A stretch of 64,000 nucleotides of DNA, from NCBI GenBank assembly GCA_030152865.1, contig JASLIW010000053.1, forward strand, positions 27,386 through 91,385. Reading direction: 5' to 3'. The translations under genes and the position numbers were made by a program. Below, piece by piece: positions 30,633 to 41,137 of the stretch; the stretch's first letter is position 1, and each line of letters begins with the position of its first letter. The stretch comes from Bacteroides sp. (GTDB lineage Bacteria > Bacteroidota > Bacteroidia > Bacteroidales > Bacteroidaceae). The notes under the pieces were generated by a model that worked only from the letters and a program-made list of their open reading frames with translations, had not been told where the DNA came from and made no database searches.

Positions 30633-32741
30633 ATGGATAACAGTAATAAAAGTTCTTTTTTGAGAAAGACCATAGACAATATAGATATTAGTCCTAAAAC
30701 GATACGGAATTTTATTTACAAGGCACTTTTTTTTATTGGTGCTGTAGCCCTTATTGTATATTTCTTACCCAAAGATGCCAAATTCAGCTATCAATATGAA
30801 GAAGGTCAAACATGGACCAATGAGACACTTGTCGCCAACTTTGACTTTCCTCTTTATAAGGATAAAAACTATTTACAACAAGAACGAAAAGAGGTCCTAG
30901 CCAAGTACCTTCACCCCTATTTTCATCAGGATGACAGTATAGGCAAACAAGCTATGCTTAAATTTAAAGAGGACTATACACAAACACTATCCAAAAGACT
31001 TCCATCCAACACCTATTACAATTACATCCTTAAGACTCTACAGGACATTTATAAGACTGGTATAATAAGTACTGAACACAACAAGAAGCTAGCTGAAAAC
31101 AACACGCAGTTTATCATGATATCCCAAGACAAACTGGCTGCAGAAAGACCTGTTAATAGATTATATACAGTGCAATCTGCTTATGAAAAGCTTACAGATG
31201 GAGAGAGTCTTGGGTTTAAACCTGAGGTATTAAAGTCTTGTGATTTAAATAATTATATTATTCCAAACCTAGTTTTTGAATCTGAGCGAACTGAAACTGC
31301 CAAAAAGGAGCTTCAAGCTAGTGTGTCTGAGCGCTATGGGATGGTGCACACCGGAGAGATTATTGTCAATAAGGGAGACTACATAACAAATGAAGTATAT
31401 AACAAACTTCAGTCCTACAAAAAGGAATTTCTCAATAAAAGTGAGTCGGGTACACAACAGTACCAGCACCTCTTAGGCTATATTCTTTTTGTGGGAATTA
31501 TGATGTTTAGCTTCATGCTCTACATTGAAATATTCAGGAAAGACTTCTATTCACGAAAAAGAAGTCTCACTTTGCTGTTCTTAATCATTGTCTTTACAAA
31601 TATAATCACTGCACTTATTAATGATACAGATACCAGCGTATACATTATCCCCTATGCTATGCTACCCATTATCATTAGTATTTTCTTGGATACACGAACA
31701 GCTATAGCCGCTCACATCGTAACTATATTAATGTGCTCTATTATAGTAGATAGCCCCCACGAGTTTATACTTCTTCAATTAGCTGCAGGCATGGTTAGCG
31801 TCTATAGTTTGAGAGAGTTATCTAAGCGATCCGAACTCATCAAAAGTGCTTTTATTATATTCTTGACTTACTCATTCATGTTCTTAGCTACTGAACTAAT
31901 AGCTAAAGGTGATATATCACGAGTAAACTTAAGTATGTATCAGTACTTTATCATTAATGGATTCTTACTCTTATTTACCTACCCACTGCTATTTTTACTT
32001 GAAAAGATTTTTGGTTTTACTTCCAATGTAACACTTGTAGAGCTCTCTGACACAAACAACCCCTTACTCAGACGTATGTCTGAAGTGGCACCTGGGACAT
32101 TTCAGCACTCTATGCAAATGGCCAATCTTGCCTCAGAAGCAGCTGTACATATCGGGGCCAACAGCCAGCTAGTCCGTACAGGTGCACTTTACCACGATAT
32201 CGGCAAGATGGAAAATCCTGCATTTTTCACCGAAAACCAGTCGGGAGGTATTAACCCCCATGACCAGCTTACCGATGAACAAAGTGCTCAAGTAATAGTA
32301 CAGCATATTTATGATGGTATGCGCTTAGCTAAAGAAAACAACTTGCCTCAGGCCATTAAAGATTTTATTACAACACATCATGGCAGAGGAACAGCTAAGT
32401 TCTTTTTCACAAGATGGCAAAATGACCACCCCAACGAGGAGGTTGATATTCAGAAATTTAGTTATCCTGGACCCAATCCATTTACTAAAGAGACAGCAAT
32501 ATTAATGATGGCTGACTCGGTCGAAGCAGCCTCCAGAAGCCTGAAAGAATATACCGAGGAGTCTATAAGTAACATAGTAGAAAAGATTATCGACTCACAG
32601 GTAGAGGATGGCTATTTCAAAGAGTGTCCCATCACCTTTCAGGATATTGCTACAGTAAAGGCAGTGTTTAAGGAGAAACTAAAAATTGTACACCATACAC
32701 GTATTAGCTATCCTGAGTTGAAGACTCCGAAGTCAAAGTAG
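30633..32741 (+). CDS. 7TM-HD (HDIG) membrane phosphohydrolase, PgpH-like
   Basis: N-terminal TM, extracytoplasmic domain, multiple TMs, then APGTFQHS, YHDIGK, HHG and ADSVEAA. Confidence 0.88.
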   Translation: MDNSNKSSFLRKTIDNIDISPKTIRNFIYKALFFIGAVALIVYFLPKDAKFSYQYEEGQTWTNETLVANFDFPLYKDKNYLQQERKEVLAKYLHPYFHQDDSIGKQAMLKFKEDYTQTLSKRLPSNTYYNYILKTLQDIYKTGIISTEHNKKLAENNTQFIMISQDKLAAERPVNRLYTVQSAYEKLTDGESLGFKPEVLKSCDLNNYIIPNLVFESERTETAKKELQASVSERYGMVHTGEIIVNKGDYITNEVYNKLQSYKKEFLNKSESGTQQYQHLLGYILFVGIMMFSFMLYIEIFRKDFYSRKRSLTLLFLIIVFTNIITALINDTDTSVYIIPYAMLPIIISIFLDTRTAIAAHIVTILMCSIIVDSPHEFILLQLAAGMVSVYSLRELSKRSELIKSAFIIFLTYSFMFLATELIAKGDISRVNLSMYQYFIINGFLLLFTYPLLFLLEKIFGFTSNVTLVELSDTNNPLLRRMSEVAPGTFQHSMQMANLASEAAVHIGANSQLVRTGALYHDIGKMENPAFFTENQSGGINPHDQLTDEQSAQVIVQHIYDGMRLAKENNLPQAIKDFITTHHGRGTAKFFFTRWQNDHPNEEVDIQKFSYPGPNPFTKETAILMMADSVEAASRSLKEYTEESISNIVEKIIDSQVEDGYFKECPITFQDIATVKAVFKEKLKIVHHTRISYPELKTPKSK

Positions 32742-33192
32742 ATAGAAGCCCATCGCAAGCATCCTCTAGCAAGTCTAGAACTAGCTCAAAACCCTCAGAA
32801 CCTCCATAGTAAGGATCTGGCACATGGGTGGCTTCTATTTTTTGTAGGTAATCAACCATACGGTGGATTTTCTTCTCAGCATCAGTTGAGGGAGCCATCT
32901 CATGTAGGTCTGCAATATTCTGTTCGTCCATCCCTATAATTAAATCGAAATTATAAAAGTCCTCTACATCAACTGGACGTGAACGATGAACTAAATTATA
33001 ACCACGCTTTAAGGCATGTTTACGCATACGAGGATCAGGTAAATCACCCTTGTGGTATCCATGTATACCAGCCGAATCAACTTGAATAGATTGGCTTAAT
33101 CCCCTCTCTTCCAACAGCTGAAGCATTACACCTTCTGCTGCTGGTGAACGACAAATATTTCCTAAACAAACAAATAATAGTTTCTTTTTCAT
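32704..33192 (-). CDS. Low molecular weight protein-tyrosine phosphatase
   Basis: VCLGNICRS and DPYY motifs. Confidence 0.95.
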   Translation of the reverse strand: MKKKLLFVCLGNICRSPAAEGVMLQLLEERGLSQSIQVDSAGIHGYHKGDLPDPRMRKHALKRGYNLVHRSRPVDVEDFYNFDLIIGMDEQNIADLHEMAPSTDAEKKIHRMVDYLQKIEATHVPDPYYGGSEGFELVLDLLEDACDGLLSTLTSESSTQDS

Positions 33193-33219
33193 AATTACAA
33201 TTTACCTTAAATAGTAGCA

Positions 33220-35676
33220 TCACATAGGATCTACATCATAATAGACAATAAGTGACTTGAAACGTTGATCTTGCAACATACGCTCCTTAATGCCAAGCAT
33301 AATGGCTTTTGCACTCTTTATAGATAATGAAGTTTCAAGCTTTATCACAATTTTTTTTATAAAATAAGTCTGCACTCTCCCAACAGGAGGCTTATCTGGT
33401 CCTAATACACGTGCTCCAAACGAAGCTCTTAACTGATCAGCCATAAATCGTGCCATGAAATCCAGCTTTTTTTCATCTCGATGCTTCAAGTAAACATAGA
33501 TAAGGCGATAGTAGGGTGGATAATGGAATAACTGACGCTCCTCTAGCTGCATAGCTACCATCTCTTCATACCGGTTGTTGATTACCTGAGGTATAATCGG
33601 ATGATCTATGCTATGCGTTTGAAGGATTACCTTACCCCTCTTTTTGTGTCTTCCAGCTCTACCAGAAACCTGTGCCATCAATTGATAGGCACGCTCGTAA
33701 GCTCTAAAGTCGGGATAGTTAAGCATGGTATCAGCATTTAGAATTCCTACTACACGCACATGATTAAAGTCTAAACCTTTAGAAATCATCTGTGTACCAA
33801 TCAATATATTTGTCCTCCCTTCTTCAAAGTCAGATATAATTTTCTCATAGCTATTTCGTGTGCGTGTCGTATCTAAATCCATACGAGCTACTGATGCATT
33901 AGGAAAGAGTGATTGAATCTCGGCCTCCACTTTTTCAGTACCAAAGCCCTTAGTGGTGAGCTCTTCACTCTCACAAGAAGGACAAACTGTGGGCAACTGA
34001 TACGTATAACCACAATAGTGGCACGTAAGCTCATTGTAACGCTTATGGTAAGTCAAACTCACATCACAATTGACACATTTGGGTACCCAAGAACAAACAT
34101 TACACTCCACTATAGGAGCGAATCCTCTTCTGTTTTGGAAAAGGATGACTTGCTCCTTCTGTGCTAAAGCCTCGCGAATAGAACTTAATAACAAAGGCGA
34201 AAACTGCCCCTTCATTCTCTTTTTCCGCTTCAACTCGTAAATATCGACAGGAATAATCTCAGGTAGTTCTATCTCTTTATAACGCTCAGTCAACTGTACT
34301 AGTCCGTATTTATTTGACTCTACATTATGCCAAGTCTCTATAGATGGTGTAGCCGTGCCGAGCAAAACATTGGCACCGTAGATATGAGCCAAAACGATGA
34401 CTGCATCACGTGCATGATAACGAGGGGCTGGATCTTGTTGCTTATACGTAGTCTCATGCTCCTCATCTACTATAACTAGACCTAAGTTTTGAAAAGGTAA
34501 AAAGATTGAGGATCGAACCCCTAAGACAACTTGATACGGCTGCTCCGAGAGTTGTTTCTTCCAGATTTCAACTCGTTCTGCATCTGAGAATTTGGAATGA
34601 TATACACCCAGTTTATCCCCAAAAACTCGCTTTAAACGTTCCGTTATCTGTGTAGTCAAAGCTATCTCAGGTAGTAGATAAAGTACTTGTTTTCCCGCAT
34701 CTAAAATCTGTTGAATCAAGTGGATATAGACCTCCGTCTTGCCACTTGAGGTTACGCCATGTAACAAGCAAACCTGCTTTTTGCCAAAAGAAAGGTTTAT
34801 CTCCTTCAGCGCCCTCGTTTGCGATTCATTGAGCTGATGTGCCTCTTCTTCTTGATGCACCACTCCTTGTAAACGCCCAATCTCTACTTCATATTCTTCT
34901 AAAACACCCTTATTTATTAAGCCTTTAAGGCTACTCGCTGTAGCTTGAGCAGCATCAAGCAAGCGATGTTTGGAAACCTCAAATAGCTCTCCTTGTAAAA
35001 AGCCCGATAAGTCCATATACTTCATGACTATATCAAGCTGCTTGGGTGCATTAGATAAGAGTTGAAAAAGATTTTCAGTAGACTCTACTGACTCATATTG
35101 CTTACTAAATCGTATACGGACCTCCATACGTGGCTTATACTCTTGCTTTAACTCCTCACGAAAGATGATAGCACCACGCTCAAGAAGGCGATTGGCAACA
35201 GCTAGTATATTTGCTATTTCACTATCTTTAGCTAGCTTTTTCACGCATTGAACAGATTCATCAGAAAGTAGGTCTAATACCTTCAGCTCATTAGGAGTTA
35301 AATCAGGAGTGCCTACGTAATCCTTGTTTAACTCTACAAGAGTTTCACTCTCCAGCTTTAGTCCTGATGGCAAAGCAGCCTTGAAGACATCCCCTAATGC
35401 TGAGATATAGTAATCAGACAACCACGACCAAAATTGAATTTGCGCAGCTAGTAAAATAGGCTGATAGTCTAAAACAGCATAAATAGGTTTTACCTTATAT
35501 TCTCTCGGCTCATCATTGTGTTTTTTGAACACTAAGGCTGTATAGTACTTTTTTCTACCGAAAGGTACTATCACTCTACACCCAGCCTGAATTTGTCTAT
35601 AATCAGACTCTTCTACAGAATATGTAAAAAGCCCTGGGATAGGCAGTGGAATAACAACATCAATAAAATACTTCAT
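33220..35676 (-). CDS. priA: Primosomal protein N' (replication restart helicase); ATG at 35676 preferred over the upstream start at 35691
   Basis: GVTSSGKT, DEEH, NRRGF, double zinc finger and GRAGR motifs. Confidence 0.97.
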   Translation of the reverse strand: MKYFIDVVIPLPIPGLFTYSVEESDYRQIQAGCRVIVPFGRKKYYTALVFKKHNDEPREYKVKPIYAVLDYQPILLAAQIQFWSWLSDYYISALGDVFKAALPSGLKLESETLVELNKDYVGTPDLTPNELKVLDLLSDESVQCVKKLAKDSEIANILAVANRLLERGAIIFREELKQEYKPRMEVRIRFSKQYESVESTENLFQLLSNAPKQLDIVMKYMDLSGFLQGELFEVSKHRLLDAAQATASSLKGLINKGVLEEYEVEIGRLQGVVHQEEEAHQLNESQTRALKEINLSFGKKQVCLLHGVTSSGKTEVYIHLIQQILDAGKQVLYLLPEIALTTQITERLKRVFGDKLGVYHSKFSDAERVEIWKKQLSEQPYQVVLGVRSSIFLPFQNLGLVIVDEEHETTYKQQDPAPRYHARDAVIVLAHIYGANVLLGTATPSIETWHNVESNKYGLVQLTERYKEIELPEIIPVDIYELKRKKRMKGQFSPLLLSSIREALAQKEQVILFQNRRGFAPIVECNVCSWVPKCVNCDVSLTYHKRYNELTCHYCGYTYQLPTVCPSCESEELTTKGFGTEKVEAEIQSLFPNASVARMDLDTTRTRNSYEKIISDFEEGRTNILIGTQMISKGLDFNHVRVVGILNADTMLNYPDFRAYERAYQLMAQVSGRAGRHKKRGKVILQTHSIDHPIIPQVINNRYEEMVAMQLEERQLFHYPPYYRLIYVYLKHRDEKKLDFMARFMADQLRASFGARVLGPDKPPVGRVQTYFIKKIVIKLETSLSIKSAKAIMLGIKERMLQDQRFKSLIVYYDVDPM

Positions 35677-35754
35677 AATCTTAGTCACCAAAAATAGTCA
35701 AAATGCAACAATAAAGTCATAAGAGTTTATGGTTTTAAGTGAACGAAGCTATAT

Positions 35755-35771
35755 TAGGCATAGTTTTTGTA
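35755..35771 (+). promoter_or_regulatory. Possible sigma54-type -24/-12 element upstream of rpoN
   Basis: TAGGCATAGTTTTTGTA gives GG-N10-GT, compared with the consensus TGGCAC-N5-TTGC. Confidence 0.45.
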
Positions 35772-35874
35772 TAAAAGCAGAAAACACAGTATCTTCATAG
35801 AGTCAAATTAAGTAGATAGTTTATTTTATCCTAAGCAACTAACACGCAATAAGATCACTTTTAGAGCATAAAGT

Positions 35875-37323
35875 ATGGCACAATCTTCACGTCAAATACA
35901 AGCACAAACTCAGAAGCAGACACAAACTTTATCACCTCAACAAATTCTTGTTGTCAAGCTCTTAGAGCTCCCTACACTCGAGTTTGAAGAGCGTGTACAT
36001 GCTGAGTTACTTGAAAACCCTGCATTAGAAGAGGGCAAGGAGCTCACAGCAGAAGAGGAGGAATATCAAGCAGAAAAAGAAGAGAGTACAGACTACGACT
36101 CACTAGACGACTACCTTAGTGAAGATGATATTCCTGATTACAAGCTCAAAGAGCATAACTTCAATAACGAGAGTCAGCCAGAAAACATACCTATTTCAGA
36201 CACAACCTCTTTCTATGACATTCTTTTAGAGCAGCTTGGAGAGCAAAAACTCACAGATACACAAGAGCTTATCGGGAGGTATTTAATAGGGTCCTTAGAC
36301 GATGATGGACTCCTACGCAAAACCACCGAAAGCATCAATGATGAGCTCGCTATTTACATGGGTATCGACACATCTCCTGATGAAATTGAAACTGTTTTAA
36401 GTGTCATACAGGATTTTGAACCCGCAGGTGTAGGAGCCAGAGACCTTCAGGAGTGCTTGCTTATACAGATCAAAAGAAAGCCCGACACACCGACTCGTTC
36501 CATAGAATGGGACATCATAAGCTCCTGTTATGAAGAGTTCACGCGCAAGCACTGGGACAAAATCACACAAAAACTGAATATCTCTGAAGACTTACTGAAT
36601 AAGGCTATGGATGAAATTATAAAGTTAAACCCAAGACCTGGGGCATCTTTAGGTGAGTCTATCGGAAAGAATCTACAGCAAATTATCCCAGACTTTATCG
36701 TAGAAACATTTGATGGTACTATTAGCTTAAGTTTAAACAACAAGAACGTACCTGAGCTGAAACTCAATCGCGAATTTACCACAATGATAGAGGAGCACAC
36801 CAAAAACAAAGACAATCAGACGAAGGAGGCAAAAGAGGCGATGCTTTTCTTAAAGCAAAAACTGGACTCAGCACAAGGCTTTATAGATGCAATCGTGCAA
36901 AGACAGCACACCTTGATTTCAACGATGCAGGCTATTATAAACCTTCAAAGACCTTTTTTCTTAGATGGAGATGAATCCAAACTCAAGCCTATGATTCTAA
37001 AAGATGTAGCAGATATTACAGGATTGGACATTTCTACCATCTCGAGAGTTACAAATAGCAAGTATGTCCAAACTAATTTTGGAATATTCTCGCTTAAATA
37101 CTTTTTTGGTGATAGCTTTACAACTGAAGATGGAGAAGAGATGTCGATACGTGAGGTAAAACGGATCCTTCTTGAATGCATTAACAAAGAAGATAAAAAA
37201 TCACCATTAACAGATGAACAATTAGCTCGCTTGTTAAAGGATAAGGGGTATCCTATCGCCAGAAGGACGGTAGCTAAGTACAGACAACAGCTTAATATTC
37301 CTGTAGCTAGACTCAGAAGATAA
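35875..37323 (+). CDS. rpoN: RNA polymerase sigma-54 factor
   Basis: Gln-rich N-terminus, ENPALE, ISTISR and the RpoN box ARRTVAKYR. Confidence 0.98.
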   Translation: MAQSSRQIQAQTQKQTQTLSPQQILVVKLLELPTLEFEERVHAELLENPALEEGKELTAEEEEYQAEKEESTDYDSLDDYLSEDDIPDYKLKEHNFNNESQPENIPISDTTSFYDILLEQLGEQKLTDTQELIGRYLIGSLDDDGLLRKTTESINDELAIYMGIDTSPDEIETVLSVIQDFEPAGVGARDLQECLLIQIKRKPDTPTRSIEWDIISSCYEEFTRKHWDKITQKLNISEDLLNKAMDEIIKLNPRPGASLGESIGKNLQQIIPDFIVETFDGTISLSLNNKNVPELKLNREFTTMIEEHTKNKDNQTKEAKEAMLFLKQKLDSAQGFIDAIVQRQHTLISTMQAIINLQRPFFLDGDESKLKPMILKDVADITGLDISTISRVTNSKYVQTNFGIFSLKYFFGDSFTTEDGEEMSIREVKRILLECINKEDKKSPLTDEQLARLLKDKGYPIARRTVAKYRQQLNIPVARLRR

Positions 37324-38210
37324 TGAGAAATCAGACAAAAATATATTTTATAAAAGGGGCAAAAATACTTTCTCGTATTTTTACTCCTTTCTCTGTGCCT
37401 TTTTTGTCGTTTTTAACCCTCTTACTGTTCTCTCACTTAAGCCTTACTTTCTCCTCAAGAGATGTCTTTAGGATATTAGATATTGTCTTTAGATACACAA
37501 TAGTCCTACCCACCATTAGTATCTTCTTTCTTTATAAAATCAACCACCTTTCTTTTCTCAAACAACATCCAGTAGAACGACTAATTGGCTCATTTATGAT
37601 TAGTACGTTCTCATATCTTTTTATTTTTATTGTTTTAGCTGAGTTACACATTTCATTTTACACAAACCTCATTGTATCAAGTATTTTAGTCTTCTCACTA
37701 TTCTTATTCATACCAGTAAAATGGCGGGCAGATGCACGTATTCATGGCTTAACTAAAGATACCTACGGCACACTTATTGAACTAAACCTCAGAGAGCACC
37801 GCTACATGCCACTCTTGCTCACCATATTCTCTTACTTTTTCTGTGCCATCATCATGTATAAAAGAGATTTACCTTGGTATATGAATGGCATCATATTAGC
37901 GTCATTAATGATACTATGCATACACTTTATCATTAATGCAAAATGGAGAGTCAGTGAGCACATGGCGGCTATGGGAGGAGTTATGGCAGGTGTTGTTGCT
38001 TTTAGTAATTTATTCTTTTACGACCCAACGAAGTGGATCTGTCTACTAACTCTTATCGGTGGAGCCTTAGGCTCTGCTAGAATGATTTTAGGACACAATA
38101 ACCTGGGAGAAATTTTTGGAGGCTTCTTTATTGGTTTATTTTGTACATCAATTGCACTCAATAATTATTGTAATCACTTAATTTATTCTATCTTTAAATA
38201 TATTATATAA
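37323..38210 (+). CDS. Polytopic membrane protein with PAP2-like C-terminal part and an internal duplication
   Basis: KWRVSEH and SARMILGHN motifs; many TMs; TAATG overlap with rpoN. Confidence 0.65.
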   Translation: MRNQTKIYFIKGAKILSRIFTPFSVPFLSFLTLLLFSHLSLTFSSRDVFRILDIVFRYTIVLPTISIFFLYKINHLSFLKQHPVERLIGSFMISTFSYLFIFIVLAELHISFYTNLIVSSILVFSLFLFIPVKWRADARIHGLTKDTYGTLIELNLREHRYMPLLLTIFSYFFCAIIMYKRDLPWYMNGIILASLMILCIHFIINAKWRVSEHMAAMGGVMAGVVAFSNLFFYDPTKWICLLTLIGGALGSARMILGHNNLGEIFGGFFIGLFCTSIALNNYCNHLIYSIFKYII

Positions 38211-38239
38211 GCTTATTAACTTTAAAACTATTTACAATT

Positions 38240-38620
38240 ATGAAATTTCCAGAGGAATTAAAGTACACAAAAGAACATGAGTGGGTACGTAAAGAGGGTG
38301 ATATCGTCTATATAGGTATTACAGATTATGCACAAGACCAATTGGGAGACATCGTTTTCGTAGATATACCTACAGTTGGTGAAACATTAGATGCCAATGA
38401 GGTGTTTGGTACTATCGAAGTAGTGAAAACTGTTTCCGACTTGTTTTTACCTGTGTCTGGTGAGGTCTTAGAAGATAATGAAGCTATTGAAGATAATCCA
38501 GAGCTTGTAAACGAAGACCCTTATGGAGAAGGCTGGCTAATTAAGGTAAAACCTTCAAATGAAGCAGACTTTGACAATCTTTTAAGTGCCGAAGAGTATA
38601 AAGAAATTATCAATAAATAA
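38240..38620 (+). CDS. gcvH: Glycine cleavage system H protein
   Basis: YTKEHEW, GITDYAQ, EVVK (lipoyl Lys) and DPYGEGW motifs. Confidence 0.97.
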   Translation: MKFPEELKYTKEHEWVRKEGDIVYIGITDYAQDQLGDIVFVDIPTVGETLDANEVFGTIEVVKTVSDLFLPVSGEVLEDNEAIEDNPELVNEDPYGEGWLIKVKPSNEADFDNLLSAEEYKEIINK

Positions 38621-38640
38621 GATTAATAGTATACGGAATT

Positions 38641-38684
38641 AAAAGGATGCATCTTTTCGTATACGAAAAGATGCATCCTTTTTT
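38641..38684 (+). terminator. Terminator after gcvH (perfect 42-bp palindrome)
   Basis: AAAAGGATGCATCTTTTCGTA-TACGAAAAGATGCATCCTTTT, then TT. Confidence 0.75.
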
Positions 38685-38710
38685 AAATCAATAACAATAA
38701 ACAAAGAACA

Positions 38711-39217
38711 ATGACACCATTAGTAAGTATTATAATGGGTAGTACATCAGATCTACCTGTAATGGAAAAAGCAGCTCAATTTCTCAACGATCTGCATATT
38801 CCCTTTGAAATAAATGCACTATCAGCTCACAGAACACCAGAAGCAGTTGAATCTTTTGCAAAGTCCGCTAAAGAACGAGGAGTAAAAGTTATTATCGCTG
38901 CTGCAGGAATGGCTGCTCACCTCCCAGGAGTGATAGCTGCCTCAACAACTCTTCCTGTTATTGGTGTTCCTATTAAGTCAAGCTTGGAGGGGATGGATGC
39001 ACTCCTTGCTATTGTTCAAATGCCTCCCGGTATTCCTGTAGCCACAGTAGGTATCAATGCATCACTCAATGCAGCTATCCTTGCTACACAGATTTTGGCC
39101 TTACAAGATAAAGAGATAGAAAAGAAGTTCGCTAGCTACAAAAGTGGTTTGAAGAATAAAATCGTAAAAGCGAATCAAGACTTAAAGGAAATCAAATTTG
39201 AATATAAATGTAACTAA
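38711..39217 (+). CDS. purE: N5-CAIR mutase
   Basis: IMGSTSD, SAHRTP, AAHLPG and QMPPGIPVATV motifs. Confidence 0.98.
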   Translation: MTPLVSIIMGSTSDLPVMEKAAQFLNDLHIPFEINALSAHRTPEAVESFAKSAKERGVKVIIAAAGMAAHLPGVIAASTTLPVIGVPIKSSLEGMDALLAIVQMPPGIPVATVGINASLNAAILATQILALQDKEIEKKFASYKSGLKNKIVKANQDLKEIKFEYKCN

Positions 39218-41065
39218 ATGGATATTTTCAACTATTCTAGACGAAAAAGCTCCGAAGTACAAATAGGAGGCACTCCACTAGGAAACGAGAATCCTATACG
39301 TGTTCAATCTATGACGAACACTTCTACTCAAGACACAACAGCAAGTGTAGCCCAAGTAAAAAAAATAGTTGATGCAGGAGCCGACTATGTTAGACTTACA
39401 ACACAAGGAGTAAAAGAGGCTAGCAACCTAAAGAATATCAACATTGCATTAAGAAGTCAAAACTACCTGGTTCCTCTGGTTGCAGACGTACACTTTAACC
39501 CCAAGGTAGCAGATGTAGCGGCAGAGTATGCAGAAAAAGTGCGCATCAACCCAGGCAACTACGTTGACCCAGCTCGGACATTCAAATCCTTGTCCTATAC
39601 ACCCCAAGAATATGAACAAGAACTCAATAAAATAAAAGAGCGCTTCACTAAATTCTTAGCTATTTGCAAACAGAATCATACAGCTATTCGTATAGGTGTC
39701 AATCATGGCTCTCTTTCTGATCGTATTATGTCGCATTACGGTGATACTCCAGAAGGAATGGTAGAATCATGTATGGAGTTTCTTCGCATATGTACTTCTG
39801 AAAGTTTTCACAACGTTGTTATATCGATCAAAGCCTCGAATACTGTGGTTATGGTTCAAACAGTTCGACTACTAGTAGAAACTATGGAAAAAGAAAATAT
39901 GAATTTTCCAATTCATCTAGGAGTTACTGAGGCTGGAGAGGGCGAAGATGGTAGAATCAAATCAGCACTCGGAATTGGGGCTCTTCTTTCCGATGGATTG
40001 GGTGACACCATACGTGTTTCACTCAGTGAAGCTCCTGAAAAAGAGATTCCTGTGGCTCAGAAGTTATTAGAGCATATCAGTAAGCGCAATAAACACCCCT
40101 ATATACCAGCTAGTCAAGCAACTGAGTTTAATTACCTCAAGCCCACACGAAGACTGACACATGCTGTGCACAATATAGGTGGAGATCATGTCCCTGTAGT
40201 ATTGGCTGATAGAATGGATGGCAGGACAGATATCAGCAAAGATTTTAAACCAGACTACATTTATGCAGGCCAATCACTACCTGCACAGCTAGAAGACACT
40301 TCCTATATTTTAGACGCTTCACACTGGGATGGAGCCAACCAGACCTGGCCTGCATTTAACTTTCAGCAGCTTGATCTCTTAGAGTCGACTCAAGCAGAGC
40401 TTAAGTTTCTATTCATCCCTTACATGGCCCTAACAGACGAAGTGATTCAACTATTGAGAAACCACCCAGAAGTAGTTATCATCTCACAATCTAATCATCC
40501 TAACCGATTAGGTGAACATCGTGCTTTAGTTCATCAATTAATGAATGAGAAAATCACTAACCCTGTCATTTTCTTTCAGCACTACCAAGAGGATGATTTA
40601 GAAGATCTTCAAATTAAATCTGCTGCCGACATGGGTGCTCTTATTTTGGATGGACTATGTGATGGGATATACTTATTTAATCAGGGGGCTATCACACATG
40701 CTCAGATAGACTCTACCGCATTTAGTATCCTACAAGCAGGGAGAGTTAGAACTAGCAAAACAGAGTTTATCTCCTGCCCAGGCTGTGGTAGAACTCTATT
40801 CAAGCTTGAAGAAACTATCGCCAAAGTAAAAAAGGCTACTCAACACCTAAAAGGACTAAAAATAGGTATAATGGGTTGTATCGTTAATGGTCCTGGTGAA
40901 ATGGCTGATGCTGACTATGGTTATGTTGGAGCAGCAAGAGGCAAGGTTAGTCTATACAAAAAGAAAGAGTGTATAGAAAAGAATATCCCTGAAGAAGAAG
41001 CTGTAGATAAGCTTATTGAACTTATCAAAGCTCATGGGGACTATCATGAAGGCAACGAGGAGTAA
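39218..41065 (+). CDS. ispG: HMBPP synthase, long three-domain form
   Basis: VQSMTNT, RINPGN, HLGVTEAG, SCPGCGR and MGCIVNGPGE motifs. Confidence 0.97.
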   Translation: MDIFNYSRRKSSEVQIGGTPLGNENPIRVQSMTNTSTQDTTASVAQVKKIVDAGADYVRLTTQGVKEASNLKNINIALRSQNYLVPLVADVHFNPKVADVAAEYAEKVRINPGNYVDPARTFKSLSYTPQEYEQELNKIKERFTKFLAICKQNHTAIRIGVNHGSLSDRIMSHYGDTPEGMVESCMEFLRICTSESFHNVVISIKASNTVVMVQTVRLLVETMEKENMNFPIHLGVTEAGEGEDGRIKSALGIGALLSDGLGDTIRVSLSEAPEKEIPVAQKLLEHISKRNKHPYIPASQATEFNYLKPTRRLTHAVHNIGGDHVPVVLADRMDGRTDISKDFKPDYIYAGQSLPAQLEDTSYILDASHWDGANQTWPAFNFQQLDLLESTQAELKFLFIPYMALTDEVIQLLRNHPEVVIISQSNHPNRLGEHRALVHQLMNEKITNPVIFFQHYQEDDLEDLQIKSAADMGALILDGLCDGIYLFNQGAITHAQIDSTAFSILQAGRVRTSKTEFISCPGCGRTLFKLEETIAKVKKATQHLKGLKIGIMGCIVNGPGEMADADYGYVGAARGKVSLYKKKECIEKNIPEEEAVDKLIELIKAHGDYHEGNEE

Positions 41066-41087
41066 TCTCAGCTCTGAATTAAAGGCA

Positions 41088-41119
41088 AAAAAGGTCCAAG
41101 ATTAATCTTGGACCTTTTT
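41088..41119. terminator. Bidirectional terminator between ispG and rubrerythrin
   Basis: Perfect 32-bp palindrome AAAAAGGTCCAAGATT-AATCTTGGACCTTTTT. Confidence 0.88.
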
Positions 41120-41137
41120 ACATATATGTTACAAAAC

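Noticed and set aside
39218..41065. Unusually long IspG (615 aa)
   Set aside because: The extra central domain is the known three-domain IspG form.
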